Positions 12,769-25,147 of a stretch of DNA of 64,000 nt are shown here, piece by piece. The stretch's first letter is position 1, and each line of letters starts with the position of its first letter. The stretch spans positions 26,350,001-26,414,000 of the forward strand of contig NC_082732.1 of assembly GCF_030144855.1 (NCBI RefSeq), read 5' to 3'. The stretch comes from Hypanus sabinus (Eukaryota). The notes below the pieces were generated by a model, which did not search any database, was not told where the DNA came from, and saw only the letters and a list, made by a program, of their open reading frames with translations. Position numbers and translations under genes: made by a program.

Positions 12769-15700
12769 CTGCCTTTCACAAATCCATGCTGACTATTCCT
12801 AATCATATTATGCCTCTCCAAATGTTCATAAATCCTGCCTCTCAGGATCTTCTCCATCAACTTAACAACTACTGAAGTAAACCTAGTGGTCTATAATTTC
12901 CTTGGCTGTCTCGACTCCCTTTCTTGAATAATGGAACGACATCCTCAACTCTCCAGTCCTCCGGAACCTCTCCCGTCCCCGTTGATGATGCAAAGATCAG
13001 CAATCTCCTCCCTTGCCTCCCACAATAACCTGGGATACATCTCATCCAGTCCCAGTGACTTATCCAACTTGATGCTTTCCAAAAGCTCCAGCACATCCTC
13101 TTCCTTAATATCTACATTCTCAAGCTTTTCAGTCCACTGTAAGTCATCCCTATAATTGCCAAGATCCTTTTCCGTAGCGAATACTGAAGCAAAGTACTCA
13201 TTAAGTACCTTTGCTATCTCCTCCGGTTCCATATATACTTTTCCACTGTCACACTTGATTGGTCCTATTCTCTCACGTCTTATCCTCTTGCTCTTCCCAT
13301 ATTTGTAGAATGCCTTGGGGCTTTCCCCAATCCTATCCGTCAAAGCCTTCCCACGGCCCCTAACGGGCTCTTCTAATTTCTTTCTTAAGCTCCTTCCTGC
13401 TAACTTTATAATTTTCTAGATCTCTATCATTACCTGGTTTTTTGAACCTTTCATAAGTTCTTTTCTTCTTGACTAGATTTACAACAGCCTTTGTACACTG
13501 TGGTTCCTGTACCCTACCATCCTTTTCCTGTCTCATTGGAATGTAGCTATGCAGAACTCCATGCAAATATCCCTTGAACATTTGCTACATTTCTTCCACA
13601 CATTTCCCTGAGAACATCTGTTCCCAATTTATGCTTCCAAGTTCCTGCCTGATAGCCTCATATTTCCCTTTACTCCAATTAAACACTTTCCTAACTTGTC
13701 TGTTCCTATCCCTCTCCAATGCAATGGTAAAGGCGATAGCACTGTGATCACTATCTCCAAAATGCTCTCCCATTGAGAGATCTGACACCTGACCAGGTTC
13801 ATTTCCCAATACCAGATCAAGTACAGCCTCCCCCCTTGTAAGCTTATCTACATATTGTGTCAAGAAACTTATTTGAACACACCTAAAAAAAACTCCACCC
13901 CATCTAAACCCCTCGCTCTTGGGAGATGTCAGTCGATATTTGGGAAATTAAAACCTCCCATCACGACAATTCTGTTATTATTACACCTTTCCAGGATCTG
14001 TTTCCCTATCTGCTCCTCAATGTCCCTGTTACTATTGGATGGTCTATTAAAAAAAGTCAGTAGAGTTATTGACCCAGTCCTGTTCCTAACTTCTACCTAC
14101 AGAAACTCCCAGACAATCCCTCCATGTTTTCCTCCTTTTCCACAGCTGTGACACTGTCCCTCATCAACAGTGTCACACCCCCATCTCTTTTGCCTCCCTC
14201 CTTGTCCTTTCTGAAACATCTAAATCCTGGCACTCTCGGTAACCACTCCTGCCCCTGAGCCATCCAAGTCTCTGTAATGACCACAACATCATAGCTCCAA
14301 AACTGATCCACACTCTCAAGCTCATCCGCTTTGTCCATGATGCTTCTTGCATTAAAAGACATTATCTCAAACCATCAGTCTGAACGCATCCCTTCTCTCC
14401 TCCCTCTCACACCGTTTCCAAGCTTTCTTTATTTGTGAGCCAACCACCTCTTCCTCATCTCTTCAGTTTGGTTCCCACCCCCCAAGCAACCCAAATTAAA
14501 ACTCTCCCAATAGCCTTAGCAAACCTCCCCGCCAAGATATTGGTCCCCTGGGATTCAAGTGCAACCCATCTTTTTTGTACAGGTCACTCCTGCCCCAAAA
14601 TAGGTCCCAGTGATCCAGAAATCTGAATCCCTGCCCCCTGCTCCAATCCCTCAGTCACACATTTATCCTCCACCTCACTCTATTCCTATACTCACTGTCA
14701 CGTGGCACAGGCAGTATTTCCGAGATTACTACCTTCGTGGTCCTGCTTCTCAACTTCCTTCCTAGCTCCCTGTAGACTGCTTTCAGGACCTCCTCCCTTT
14801 TCTTGCCTATGTGGTTAGTACCAATATGTACCACAACCTCTGGCTGTTCTCCTTCCCACTTCAGAATATCATGGACATGATCAGAAACATATCAGACCCT
14901 GGCACCTGGGAGGCAAACTACCACCTGTGCTTCTTTCCTGTGTTCACAGAATCGCCTGACCTCCTAAACATACAGTCACCTATCACTGCTGCCATCCTCT
15001 TCCTTTTCCTGCCCTTCTGAGCCAGAGCCAGACTCTGTGCCAGAGGTGCAGCCACTGTTGCTTCCCCCAGGTAGGCCACCCACCCCAACAGTACTCACAC
15101 AGGAGTACTTATTGTCAAAGGGTACAGCCACAGGTGTGCTCCCTAGCCTCTGTTTCCTGCCCTTCCCTCTCCTGACCGTTACCCACTTATCTGCCTCCCG
15201 AGGCCTCAGTGTGACTACCTGCCTATAGCTCCTCTCTATCACCGCCTCAATTTCCCTGACCAGACGAAGGTCATTGAGCTGCATCTCCAGTTTCTTAACG
15301 TGGTCCCTAAGGAGCTGCTGCTCGACGCACCTAGCACAGGTGTGGCTTTCCAGGAGGCTGGGAGTCTCCCGGACTTCCCACATTTGACACCGAGCACAGA
15401 ACACCGGCCTCACACACATTCTTCCTGTCTGTATTCTACATGGGCAACTTACCTTGCCTCGACACGTTGTCGCCAAAGCCTCATTGAGCCAATGCCTTCC
15501 TACTCTGTTACCCGCTCTATAAGATTAAAGATTAAAGTCTGTCCCGAGCCTTATAGGCTCCTTAGGCCGGTTTCCGTGGTGTGAAGTGAATGAGAGTACA
15601 AGACTGCCACCCCAACCCCCCCACCACCAAATAGGATGCTAGTCTATCTCGCCGCTCTATAAGGTGCCTCCTTTTAAACTCTTCTCGCTATTCTCAGGGG

Positions 15701-15804
15701 CTGACGTCCACACACTTGTGCAGTTGTGCCCTGATCAAACCACTGAAGAAATAACCAGCTCCTTTTAAACTCTTCTCACTGGCTGATGTTCATGTGCTTG
15801 TGAC
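12769..15804 (-). mobile_element. CR1 LINE, 5' half: ORF1 (Zn-finger/leucine zipper + SGNH esterase), AP endonuclease, linker; truncated at the start of RT
   Basis: CARCQMW..HTCARC..LEMQLNDL; AVIGD..CLPGARV..VVVHIGTN; FNARSIMDK..ITETW; LDLVLGNEPG..GDSDH; ends at RNSQHGFVKG. Confidence 0.9.
15524..15651 (-). mobile_element. 5'-truncated SINE inserted in the CR1 5' region
   Basis: Similar to the 3' end of the SINE at 46781-47074; flanked by 12-bp direct repeat CCGCTCTATAAG (15512-15523, 15652-15663). Confidence 0.75.
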
Positions 15805-16251
15805 AATGTTACAACAGTTGTGTTCAGAACAGCACCTCTGAACGCACAACACATCGAACCTTTAAGTGTATGGGCTACAGCAGCAGAAAACCGTGAACAG
15901 TCACTGCCCACTTTATAAGGTACAGGTTGATGTCTCCTTGTATGGTGACAAAATGTTGACGAATGGATTGACAAGGTCAGAGAACAACTCAACCCACCAT
16001 CAACCACATGAGCTACATACTCTCTGAGCTATCAGTTAACATTAGTTATACGTCAATTAAAGTCTCCAATTATTGCATTGCTATACGCATCTCTAATTTC
16101 CTGATTTATACTCTCCTGCATTCCAATTACCTTTGGAGGCCTTTCTATAACTCCCAACATTTTCAGTTATTTCTTAGCTTCACTTAACTGACTATTCTTT
16201 GAATTTCTGAGCTAAAGGCTTTCTTTACTATTTTATCACAATCTTTAATAA

Positions 16252-16872
16252 TGTAATATTAAGAAGTTAGCATTTTGTAGGCAGTTTGTGACCCTGGCTA
16301 TTTTTTGTAAGGGTCACAGCAGCTAAAATCTTGAGAAAAAACTACAGAAGCCCAAATGCTTTCTCATAAAGTAAGCTGAGTGGGTGACATCATCCTTGGT
16401 ATGCAATCTGCACTTAACTTCGGTTTTGCTTAGAGTAACTTGTATCATTCCTTGATTAATTGCTGCGAGAAACCGATTTTGCTTTGTATTCCTTATGGCA
16501 CCTGCAAGATAAGCATTTTAAAAAGTGGCTATTTTCAAGGGCAGGAGGCTTTGAATTGTAAGTCTGTACCTGTCTGTAACTAGACATAGTAGCAATTAAA
16601 ACTGTTATATGAACAATTTATGACTGATAAAGTTAACAATACTCATCTGTACAGAAACTAAGGCGGTGAACCCACATGTATCTGTGTATGTGACTGCATG
16701 TATATAAAAAGAACTGCCTATTGCTTCAGAAGAGAGAGACCCTCGAAGCAGCCTCCGTGAGAGAGTGCTTAAGAAGGGTTCTCTCGAGTAACTTGCTAGT
16801 AAAGAGTTAAAGTTACTTTCACCATAGTACGTGGTGTCTTTGCATCAGGTAGATCGAAAGAAGTTTACAACA
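16252..16872 (+). mobile_element. Solo LTR (621 bp)
   Basis: TG...CA ends, 4-bp TSD ATAA both sides, TATATAAAA near 16701 followed by AGTAAA near 16798. Confidence 0.8.
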
Positions 16873-18344
16873 ATAAGAGCACCATCCTATCTTTTCTATT
16901 TTGCCTGACTTTTCTAAAGGTTATTCATGGAATATTCAGTTCCTACCCTTCATCCCTTTGCCACATCTCTAATAACTAGATCACATTAGCTTCCACCACT
17001 AATTTATCTATGGTGTTACAAAATGCTGCATATATTCAAATAAAGGGTTTTCAACTTCAAAATCTCAGTATGTGCTTCAAGGTAACAAAAAGTGTTATTT
17101 TGATCAATATTTTAATATTGATAACTAAAGGGTGATATATGTGGAAAAATATATAATTCCCAAGTACATTATGCTGTGATTCTTGCCAAGAAATTAGGTA
17201 CTGGCCACATATAACAATCAAAATAACCCCGTTCCAGTTATCAATCTAGTCATACATCACAATCCCATTTACCTGCCTTTATTCTGTAATTCAAATCCTT
17301 TAAGAAAAAAAAAATCTAGGGTCTCACTGTAAATTTCAATCAAAATCTAACCTGAAGGATGAGAAACATAACTGCTGCTACATCTGTGTTCTAGTCAGCA
17401 ATTAAGTGAGGCAATATTGACCTTCTCACTTGAATTTTGCAGGTAACACAATTGTATAGATCCATTTTCAAATTAAACAGGTTCATTCTTGTTCAGAATT
17501 GAAGATCGCAATTAAAATTCTCCTTAATATTGTCACTTAACACCTCCACAACCAGCTGCCTGATGAAGTCAGACATATTCCAGAGTCTGCCTATATCATG
17601 CATTACACAAAAGGGTGGGGAATTGCATTGCATCCACAGACCACATATCACCTTCAGTAATATTAAAATATTGATCAAAATAATACACTTTTGGTGTACC
17701 TTGAAAGTCCATATTGAAATTTTGAAGTTGAAAGCCCTTTATTTGAATAAATGCAGCATGAGGAACTGAGACTGAAAACTGCTGTTAATGATCCTCCACA
17801 AGCCATCCAGCCTCCAGAACCTTGATATCAGGTCTCATGAAGTTATTGGAGAGCAAATAATCTTCACTAACACATTCAGAATTTCAAGATAAATCTTTTG
17901 TTTTGTTGAACTGGAGTCATGATTATACTGCAGAAAGCATGACAACCAATTTGAAGAGCTATATTGAAAGAACTGAAATACTCTGCATGTAATGATTTTG
18001 GCCAAAAATAAATGCTGTCCTCAGAGATCAGGGAGAATGCTCCTGCCCTTATTCACAGTAATTCCACAGATTTTTTTTAAAAATCCATCACAAACCTCTG
18101 GCAGAGGTTCCATTCTGCAATGTTGCTGAAGTATTAGCACATCTACCATCAAAATCTCTGGACAACAATGATCTCAGGGCAAGGCTGCTGTATCAGAGGC
18201 AGATCTCAAATTTACTGTACTGAACTTGGCTATCAGTGGACACACCAGACATAGCTGTCAGGCCAGAAGGATTTACAATTTTCAGAAGGGAACAAACCAC
18301 AAACTCTGGTAAGGAAATGAACTTTTTGGTCAATTCTGTTTGGT

Positions 18345-20812
18345 GTACCAATGTGGGGGTTATGCCGAGCTTGTGTTCCACTGACTGAGAACACCTAATG
18401 ATCAAATGTAGACCATTCTATTTGCCTCAGGGGTTCTCATCCATGATCCTGACCACAGTATATATACCACCAGAGGCTGACTACAATAAAGCATTCACAA
18501 CACTAAATGATGTTATCTGCAGACAAGAAACAGCACATCCCAATGGATTTCAAATTATAGTCAGTGACTTCAACTAGTCCTGCTTGAAGAAGGTCCCAAC
18601 ACAGCTGACCACTGCTACAGTATAAGGAATGCCCATCGTTCCTTTTCTAGACTGCATTTTGACAAATCAGACTATCTGGCTGTTGTCCTACCTGCATGCA
18701 GACAGAGCCAAAAAATATGGCTCCAGAGATTAAGACAACTAAGTGATGGTTGCGGGAGGCAGAAAACGATTACAGGATTGCTTTGAGTCAGTGTACTGGC
18801 CTGTGTTCAAGCATTCAGCTAAGGATCTGAATAACTACACTGGGGTTGTAACAGACTTCATTAAAACACCTGAAGGTAAGTGTGTCCCCACGAAACTATT
18901 CACCTTCTTCCACAATCACAAGCCCTGGATGAACCATGAAATCTGGAATTTGCTGAGGGCCAGATCAGAGGCATTCAAGTTTGGAGATCAAGAATGCTAC
19001 AAGACATGCAGGTATGATCTCCGAAAAGCCCTCACATGGGTGAAGTGTAGATTCCAGACTAGTCTAGAATCAATGAGAGATGCATGACAGCTGTGGCAGA
19101 GTTTGAACGCAATAACTTCCAATGAAGTTAAATCAAGTGATATGGGGACTGCAGAGCTACCTTTCCAGATTGAGCTCAATGCCTTCTATGCTTTGACCAG
19201 CAGAACAATGAGGAACCATCACACACCTCCACATCTCCTAATGATCCTTGGTCTCAATACATAAAGCTGCCTTCAAGAGGGCGAATGCAAGGAAACCATC
19301 TGGTCCAGATGGGTTACCTTGCGGAGTACTGAAGACCCGTGATGACCAAATGGCTGGTTGTTCACAGATACCTTCAACCTTTCACTTTGGCAGTGTGTGG
19401 TACCCACCTATTTCAAGCAGGCTTCAATCATATCGATGCCCAAGAAGAGCATGGTAACCTGTCTAAATGACTATCACCCAGTGGCACTCACATCCACAGT
19501 GGTGAAATGTTTTGAGAGGCTGGTATTGAAGCACATCAGCTCCTGTCTGAGTGCCGACTTGGATCAATTTGCCTATCAGAGTAATAGGTCCATAGCAGAT
19601 GCCATCTCACTGGCTCTTCACACAACCCTGGAACATTTGGACAGTAAGAATACATACATAAGAATACTCTTTATCAATTACAGCTCGGCACTTAACACCA
19701 TCATCACCTCAAAACTAATAAGCAAACTCCAAGACCTGGGCCTAAATACCCCCTTGTGCAATTGGATCCTGGGTTTCCTCACTTGAAGACCCGAGTCAGT
19801 TCGGATTGACAAAAACATCTCCTCTACAATCTCCATCAGCACAGGTGCACCATAGGGCTGTTGCTTTACACCAATGACTGACTGTGTGGCTCAGCACAGC
19901 TCCACCATATTCAAATTTGCTGATGACACCACTGCTGAGAGCCATTTCAAAGGTGGTGATGAATCAGCATATCGGAGGGAGAATGGAAATTTGGCTGAGT
20001 GGTGTCATAACAACAACCTCTCACTCAATTTCAGCAATACCAAGGAACTGACTATAGACTTCAGGAGAGAGAAACCAGAGGTCCATGAGCCAATCCTCAT
20101 TGGAGAATCAGTGATGAAGAGGGTCAGTAACTTTAAATTTCTGGGTGTCACTATCTCAGAGGACCTGCAAAGAAAACATGACAGCACCTCTACCTCCTCA
20201 GAAGTCTGCAGAGATTCAGCACGACATCAAAAACTTTGTCCAACTTCTATAGATGTGTTGTGGAGAGCGTATTAACTTGCTGCATCACAGGCAGGTATGG
20301 GAACACCAATGCCTTTGAACAAAAAAATCTGACACAAGGTAGTTGATTTGGCTGAGTTCATCACTGGTAAAGCCCTCCCAACCATTGAGCACAGCTACAC
20401 GAAATGCTGTTGTAGAAAAGCAGCATCCTTCATCAAAGATCCCCACCACCCTGGCCATGCTCTTCTCACTGCTGCATCAGGTAGAAGGCACAAGAGTCTC
20501 AGGACTCAGGTTCAATAACAGTTACTACCGCTCAACCATCAGGTTCTTGAACAAAAGAGGATAACTACTCATCTACTGCAATGTTCCCACAACCATTGAT
20601 CTCATTTTAAGGAGTGTCTACTTTGTTATTTCATGCTCTATTTATTTCTTTGTATAGTTGCACAGATTGTTGTCATCTATGCTCTACTTGCTCTTTCATC
20701 GGCCCTGTTTACCGCTATTATTCTATAGATTTGCTGAGTATGCTCACAGGAAAAAGAATCTCAGGGTTCATTGTGGTGTGATGTACATATTCTGATAATA
20801 AATTTTATTTTG
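18345..20812 (+). mobile_element. Decayed Rex1/Babar-type LINE, 5'-truncated
   Basis: [52 protein letters not shown]; parallel to the 7.3-10.3 kb copy. Confidence 0.88.
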
Positions 20813-22179
20813 ACAGTTTCACTCATTTTATTTGCAGTAATGTCATTGATCAATAACAGCAATAGTATACCCTTATTTAAAAGATTATGAAGGTAGCACC
20901 AAAAGAACCTACTTTACTCCTGCTAATGTGCAAGATAATGAAGCCCCTATGTTATTGGATATTGCACCACCCTGGGCAGTAACCAACAGCAAATGGGCAA
21001 AGTCTCAATGTTCTGACTAGCTGTAAAACCTTGCCTGATGAGGTAGCAAGAACTCCCTTCATTTTGGAGCTTCAGCAGTTTATTTGGTTAGGTGCACACC
21101 ACCAACAAATTTTGTCAAGAATCTACACAAATGAACTGCAACTTTTCTCACCAATGGACCCATAAATCATTCTAGTAAAATACTGCAGAACAAAACATTT
21201 TACAAATTAATCATAGTCTGCAATTATATCCTCACAAACAGTTGCATACAAAAATCTCATCATATCACTGAGTCTTATTAGGTGCACTCTCTATGGAGAC
21301 TGATTAGGCAAGAGGTGAATTCCTTTTGCACAGCAGAAAGGCAAATCTGGACAATATAATAACAAGCATTTCAGTTGCAGGATATTTATATTCTTTATGT
21401 ATGTACTCAGAGAAATGGCTTCTATATCTTACTCCAAATTTCTAGCACATGAAAATACAATAAATACTCAGCAGATACTGTTGAAAAACATTGATCTGAA
21501 ACATCAACAATTCGAAGATTCTCTTGCTGCAGATATACACCATTTAAATTTCTTGTTGCAGCAGATATTTTTGCAAGTATTGTATAAATAATTCACTTGC
21601 ATGTCACTTAGATGTGATTTCTGCAAATTGCCAGGAGATGGGAAATGTATTTAGTTTCTACACCAATGAAAGTATGAAGTATTTTAAATGGGAGAGCAGT
21701 TTAAGATGATGTTGTTCTTGGATAAAGGTGGTTATTTTTAAAAAACAAGCCACCACCAGTCCCTACATGCACATGGACTACTGATTAAACAGAATGAAGA
21801 TGGTAACCCAACAGTATAGATAGAGATGGTGGAGAAGTAGCCATAAGCGTACTGATTCAATAGATCTAGCAAAATTTTTGTGTCAAATCAAACACAGGAA
21901 AACAAATTCCTTTCAGCATCCTCCCACAGCTGCCACATCAGTTTTCCATGTTGCAAAACTGAAAAACCTTCTACTGATTGGAATTATACCCAATTTCAGC
22001 TGTAGGGCATTTGCACTAGTAATTCACAGGGAGGGCACCTTCAGCTGATCAATGAATTACTTTTCTTAAGATCAGAAATAAGGCTGTTCACCTGTCTTCA
22101 GTTCCATTCACAGCTCATCTGAAAATTCAGCAGTGTCTACAAGCACCAAAACCTGAGCATTATTCAAACTTGGGCTTTT

Positions 22180-22905
22180 CTTGGGTGTTACTAATTTAGG
22201 AACTGTCCTGGTCCTAGAACGTAAATGTAATTGCAAAGAAAGCACAACATAGTCTCTACTTCCTTAGGACTCTGTGGAGATTCAGCATGACATCAAAAAC
22301 TTTGACAAACCTTTACGGATGTGTAGTGGAGAGTGTATTGATGGCTGCATTGTGACCTGGTATGGGAACACAAATGCCTTTGAACAGAAAATCCTGGAAA
22401 AGGTAATGGATTTAGCCCAGTACATCACAGTTAAAGCTCTCCCGATCATTGAGCACATCTACATGAAACACTGTCATAGGAAAGCTGCATCTATCATTAA
22501 AGATCCTCACCACCTAAGCCTTGTTCTTTTCTTGCTGCTGCCATTAGGTAGAAGAGCCTCAGGACTCACATCACCAGGTTCAAGAACCACCCTCAACCAT
22601 TAAGGTCTTGAACAAAAGGCAGTCGCTGCACTAACCTGTCCATCTATTGAGATGTTCCCACAATCAATGATCTCACTTCGGGGATTCTTCATCTTGTTAT
22701 TTCATGTTTTCATTATTTATTGCTATTTATTTATATCTGCATTTACATAGTTTGTCATCTTCTGAACTCTACTTGATTTTCACTGAATCTTGTTATAGTT
22801 ACTATTCTATAGATTTGCTGACTATGCCCACAGGAAAAAGAATTTCAGGGTTGTATGTGCTGACATACATGTACCCTGATATTAAAATTTACTATGAACT
22901 TTGAA
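22180..22905 (+). mobile_element. 3' fragment of Rex1/Babar-type LINE
   Basis: GCIVTWYGNT..RKAASIIKDPHH and the shared 3' tail. Confidence 0.8.
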
Positions 22906-24419
22906 CCTAAGTGGAAATTCACAATTGCAACACATATCACATTCAACAAGAAAGTGTCATCAGTGTACCTTAATATTCAGTAGCATTACTGTCACTAACT
23001 CACAACCCCTCCCCATCAACAGGGATCACTGTTGATCAGGAGACTGGGATCTATTGTTATGGATAACTGCACTCACAAAAGATCTCCAATTAACAACACA
23101 GCCTACCAATATCAGGCATACTAGGATCTCATTATAGAGAGATCTACAGTCCTTTGGTAGCATTAGCAATACTATATATTGTTTGGAGCAAACCCCAAAG
23201 CCTACATACAACTCCTTCAGCAGAAAATTAAGGCTTTTATAAATATGTGAGTGAATATTTTGTGATTACACTACTCAAAATACAAGACTCTGTACAAGAC
23301 AGATAGATGAACAAAATACAGGCATACAGAAAAAAATGAAAGGATTCATAAGAATGGTAAAGAACATTCAGCAAAACAAAAGCAATAATTATTTGATGGC
23401 ATTACTCTTTAGTCCTGGAACACATAACACTGGAGGGCTGTGAAGTGACTGCAAACTGAAACAGAAAAATGTGAAGAAAGAGAAACAATGGCAGGAAGGA
23501 TGAGATCTTGGTATTCTCGGGAGATCTATGTTAAGGCTTTTTATAAAGTTCTAATGATTACAGCCAAAAAAGACTATTTCACTATTGGTTCTATACCTTC
23601 TGATGTGAGAGCAATTTGGCAGAAACCACTTCTCTGCTTTCTCTCCAAACACCCTTTCAGGCATTTTGTATTTACCTAATAACCACCCCTGGAGAAAATA
23701 TGAGACAGAGAGAGAGAGAGGAGAATCTTTCCTGGTCCCCATCATTTTGCAATATTTTCTCTGACTCTCCTCCCCCACCCATGACTTCTCAGTAATATTT
23801 TATTTTTAAACTTTTCCTACTTTTGAAAGATAATAAAATTATTTTTCTTTCCACCAATACTGACTGTCTCAGAGTTTAAACCAGTAGCGACAGATACTCA
23901 GTAATACAGATTTCTCTGGCTTGCTCCATTTATTTGTGGCAAGCCTCTGGAAATATTGGGAGGGAACTTGTGCAAACTCTCCAGATTACCAGGTATCTAG
24001 ATACAAGAACTTCATTAATTTGAATCTTGCCAGTAAGAAAATCACTAAGGTGCAGCAAAATAATAAATCACTAAAAATTACATAGCACTGTTCATGCCTG
24101 GTGTTTAAGCAATATAGGCGCTAAATAGCTTGTTTCAAGTCAATCTTATCCCACTGACTGAACTTTATCATTCTACCCCAGCTTCCTGAACATTATTTGC
24201 TTCTAAGTCCCGGGCACTGACAGCCGAGGCAGGCAGTGTGGCTCCTGATATCCCTTCCCTAAACCCCACCGCCTCCTTGACCTTCATTAAAACCTGGGCA
24301 TCCCCGCGTTTCTACCACTGATCGCAATCCAAATGTAATTAGTGAAACGTTGGGGGATAATCGCATTGTTTGTAAGCAAGTCTTTGTGGAATGAAAACAG
24401 AATAAGGATGCGGAGAATT

Positions 24420-25070
24420 GTAGAGCCGGAAGGGCATAAATTCTATCAATGCTAAAGATAAGGGGTGCGGTTTATAAAACACCGCGGCACCTCCCCTCAC
24501 TTCCATCGTATTCTAGAAAGTTCCCGGCTGTTGTTTTAGGCCGAGGGACTTGCAGCTGTTTCCTGACACTCGCTCAGATACCTCGTTAGAATCAAAAGCC
24601 GTATGTGCCGCTAGTGGTCTCGTACCGCCACAGAAGCAACGGGAAGCCCCACGGCCCAGGGCTGATGCTAGGGCTGACCCAGTCAGCTTCCTCGTCCCTG
24701 GCTGTCTGTGAAACACGATTTCTCGCATTACCTGTTAATGACTGAGCTGAAGAGCTGAGAAATATCTCGCGGCTCGAAGGTGGAATAGGAGGCAGCGAGA
24801 AGCGGGCGGACGGCGGCACTCCAGTCTGGATCAGGCTGCTGGGCCGACGCCGAATTCTGCGCCATCTTCCGTGGGCAGACCGGTGCAACGGACTGAACCT
24901 TCCGACAACAACCACGCGCAGCCGCGTTACACCGCTGGTGCGCAGCGCAAGGAGTTCCGGACTGCCGAACCCCTCTGAATAACGAGACCTTCAGGTATTT
25001 CTGCCTATCGAGCCCCCGAAATGGGTCTCACTTCATCAGAACGGGGGTGGGGGAGCGAATCATGTTTCGA
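24420..25070. promoter_or_regulatory. CpG island / UBR4 promoter
   Basis: Local CpG and GC enrichment in AT-rich surroundings; YY1-like GCCATCTT over the ATG; NRF1-like TGCGCAGCGCA at about 24939. Confidence 0.75.
24732..24865 (-). CDS. UBR4: UBR4 exon 1 (start codon)
   Basis: aagATGgcg Kozak context; MAQNSASAQQPDPDWSAAVRPLLAASYSTFEPRDISQLFSSVIN; donor gtaatg; 134 nt, phase 2 fits exon 2. Confidence 0.93.
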
Positions 25071-25082
25071 CTTGTACAAGAT

Positions 25083-25147
25083 CTGGATGAACTCAGCAGG
25101 TTGGGCAGCATCCGTTGAAATCTGCCCGACCTGCTGAGTTCATCCAG
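25083..25147. repeat. Palindrome with 26-bp arms and 13-nt spacer, Penelope-terminus derived
   Basis: ctggatgaactcagcaggttgggcag / ctgcccgacctgctgagttcatccag, one mismatch. Confidence 0.9.

Larger units (their letters stand above)
12575..15930 (+). mobile_element. Non-autonomous Tc1-like element split by a CR1 insertion (left part about 12575-12768, right part about 15805-15930)
   Basis: Both parts align by eye to the copy at 37270-37800 (gtgatctaagtgactttgaccatggaat...ggtgccaga; gttcagaacagcacctctgaacgcacaacacatc). Confidence 0.75.
1..24865 (-). other. UBR4: UBR4 gene (E3 ubiquitin ligase UBR4/p600), 5' part: coding exons 1-7; continues beyond the left edge
   Basis: Seven GT-AG exons join in frame to a peptide matching the recalled vertebrate UBR4 N-terminus; synteny with EMC1 and MRTO4. 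Confidence 0.97.
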
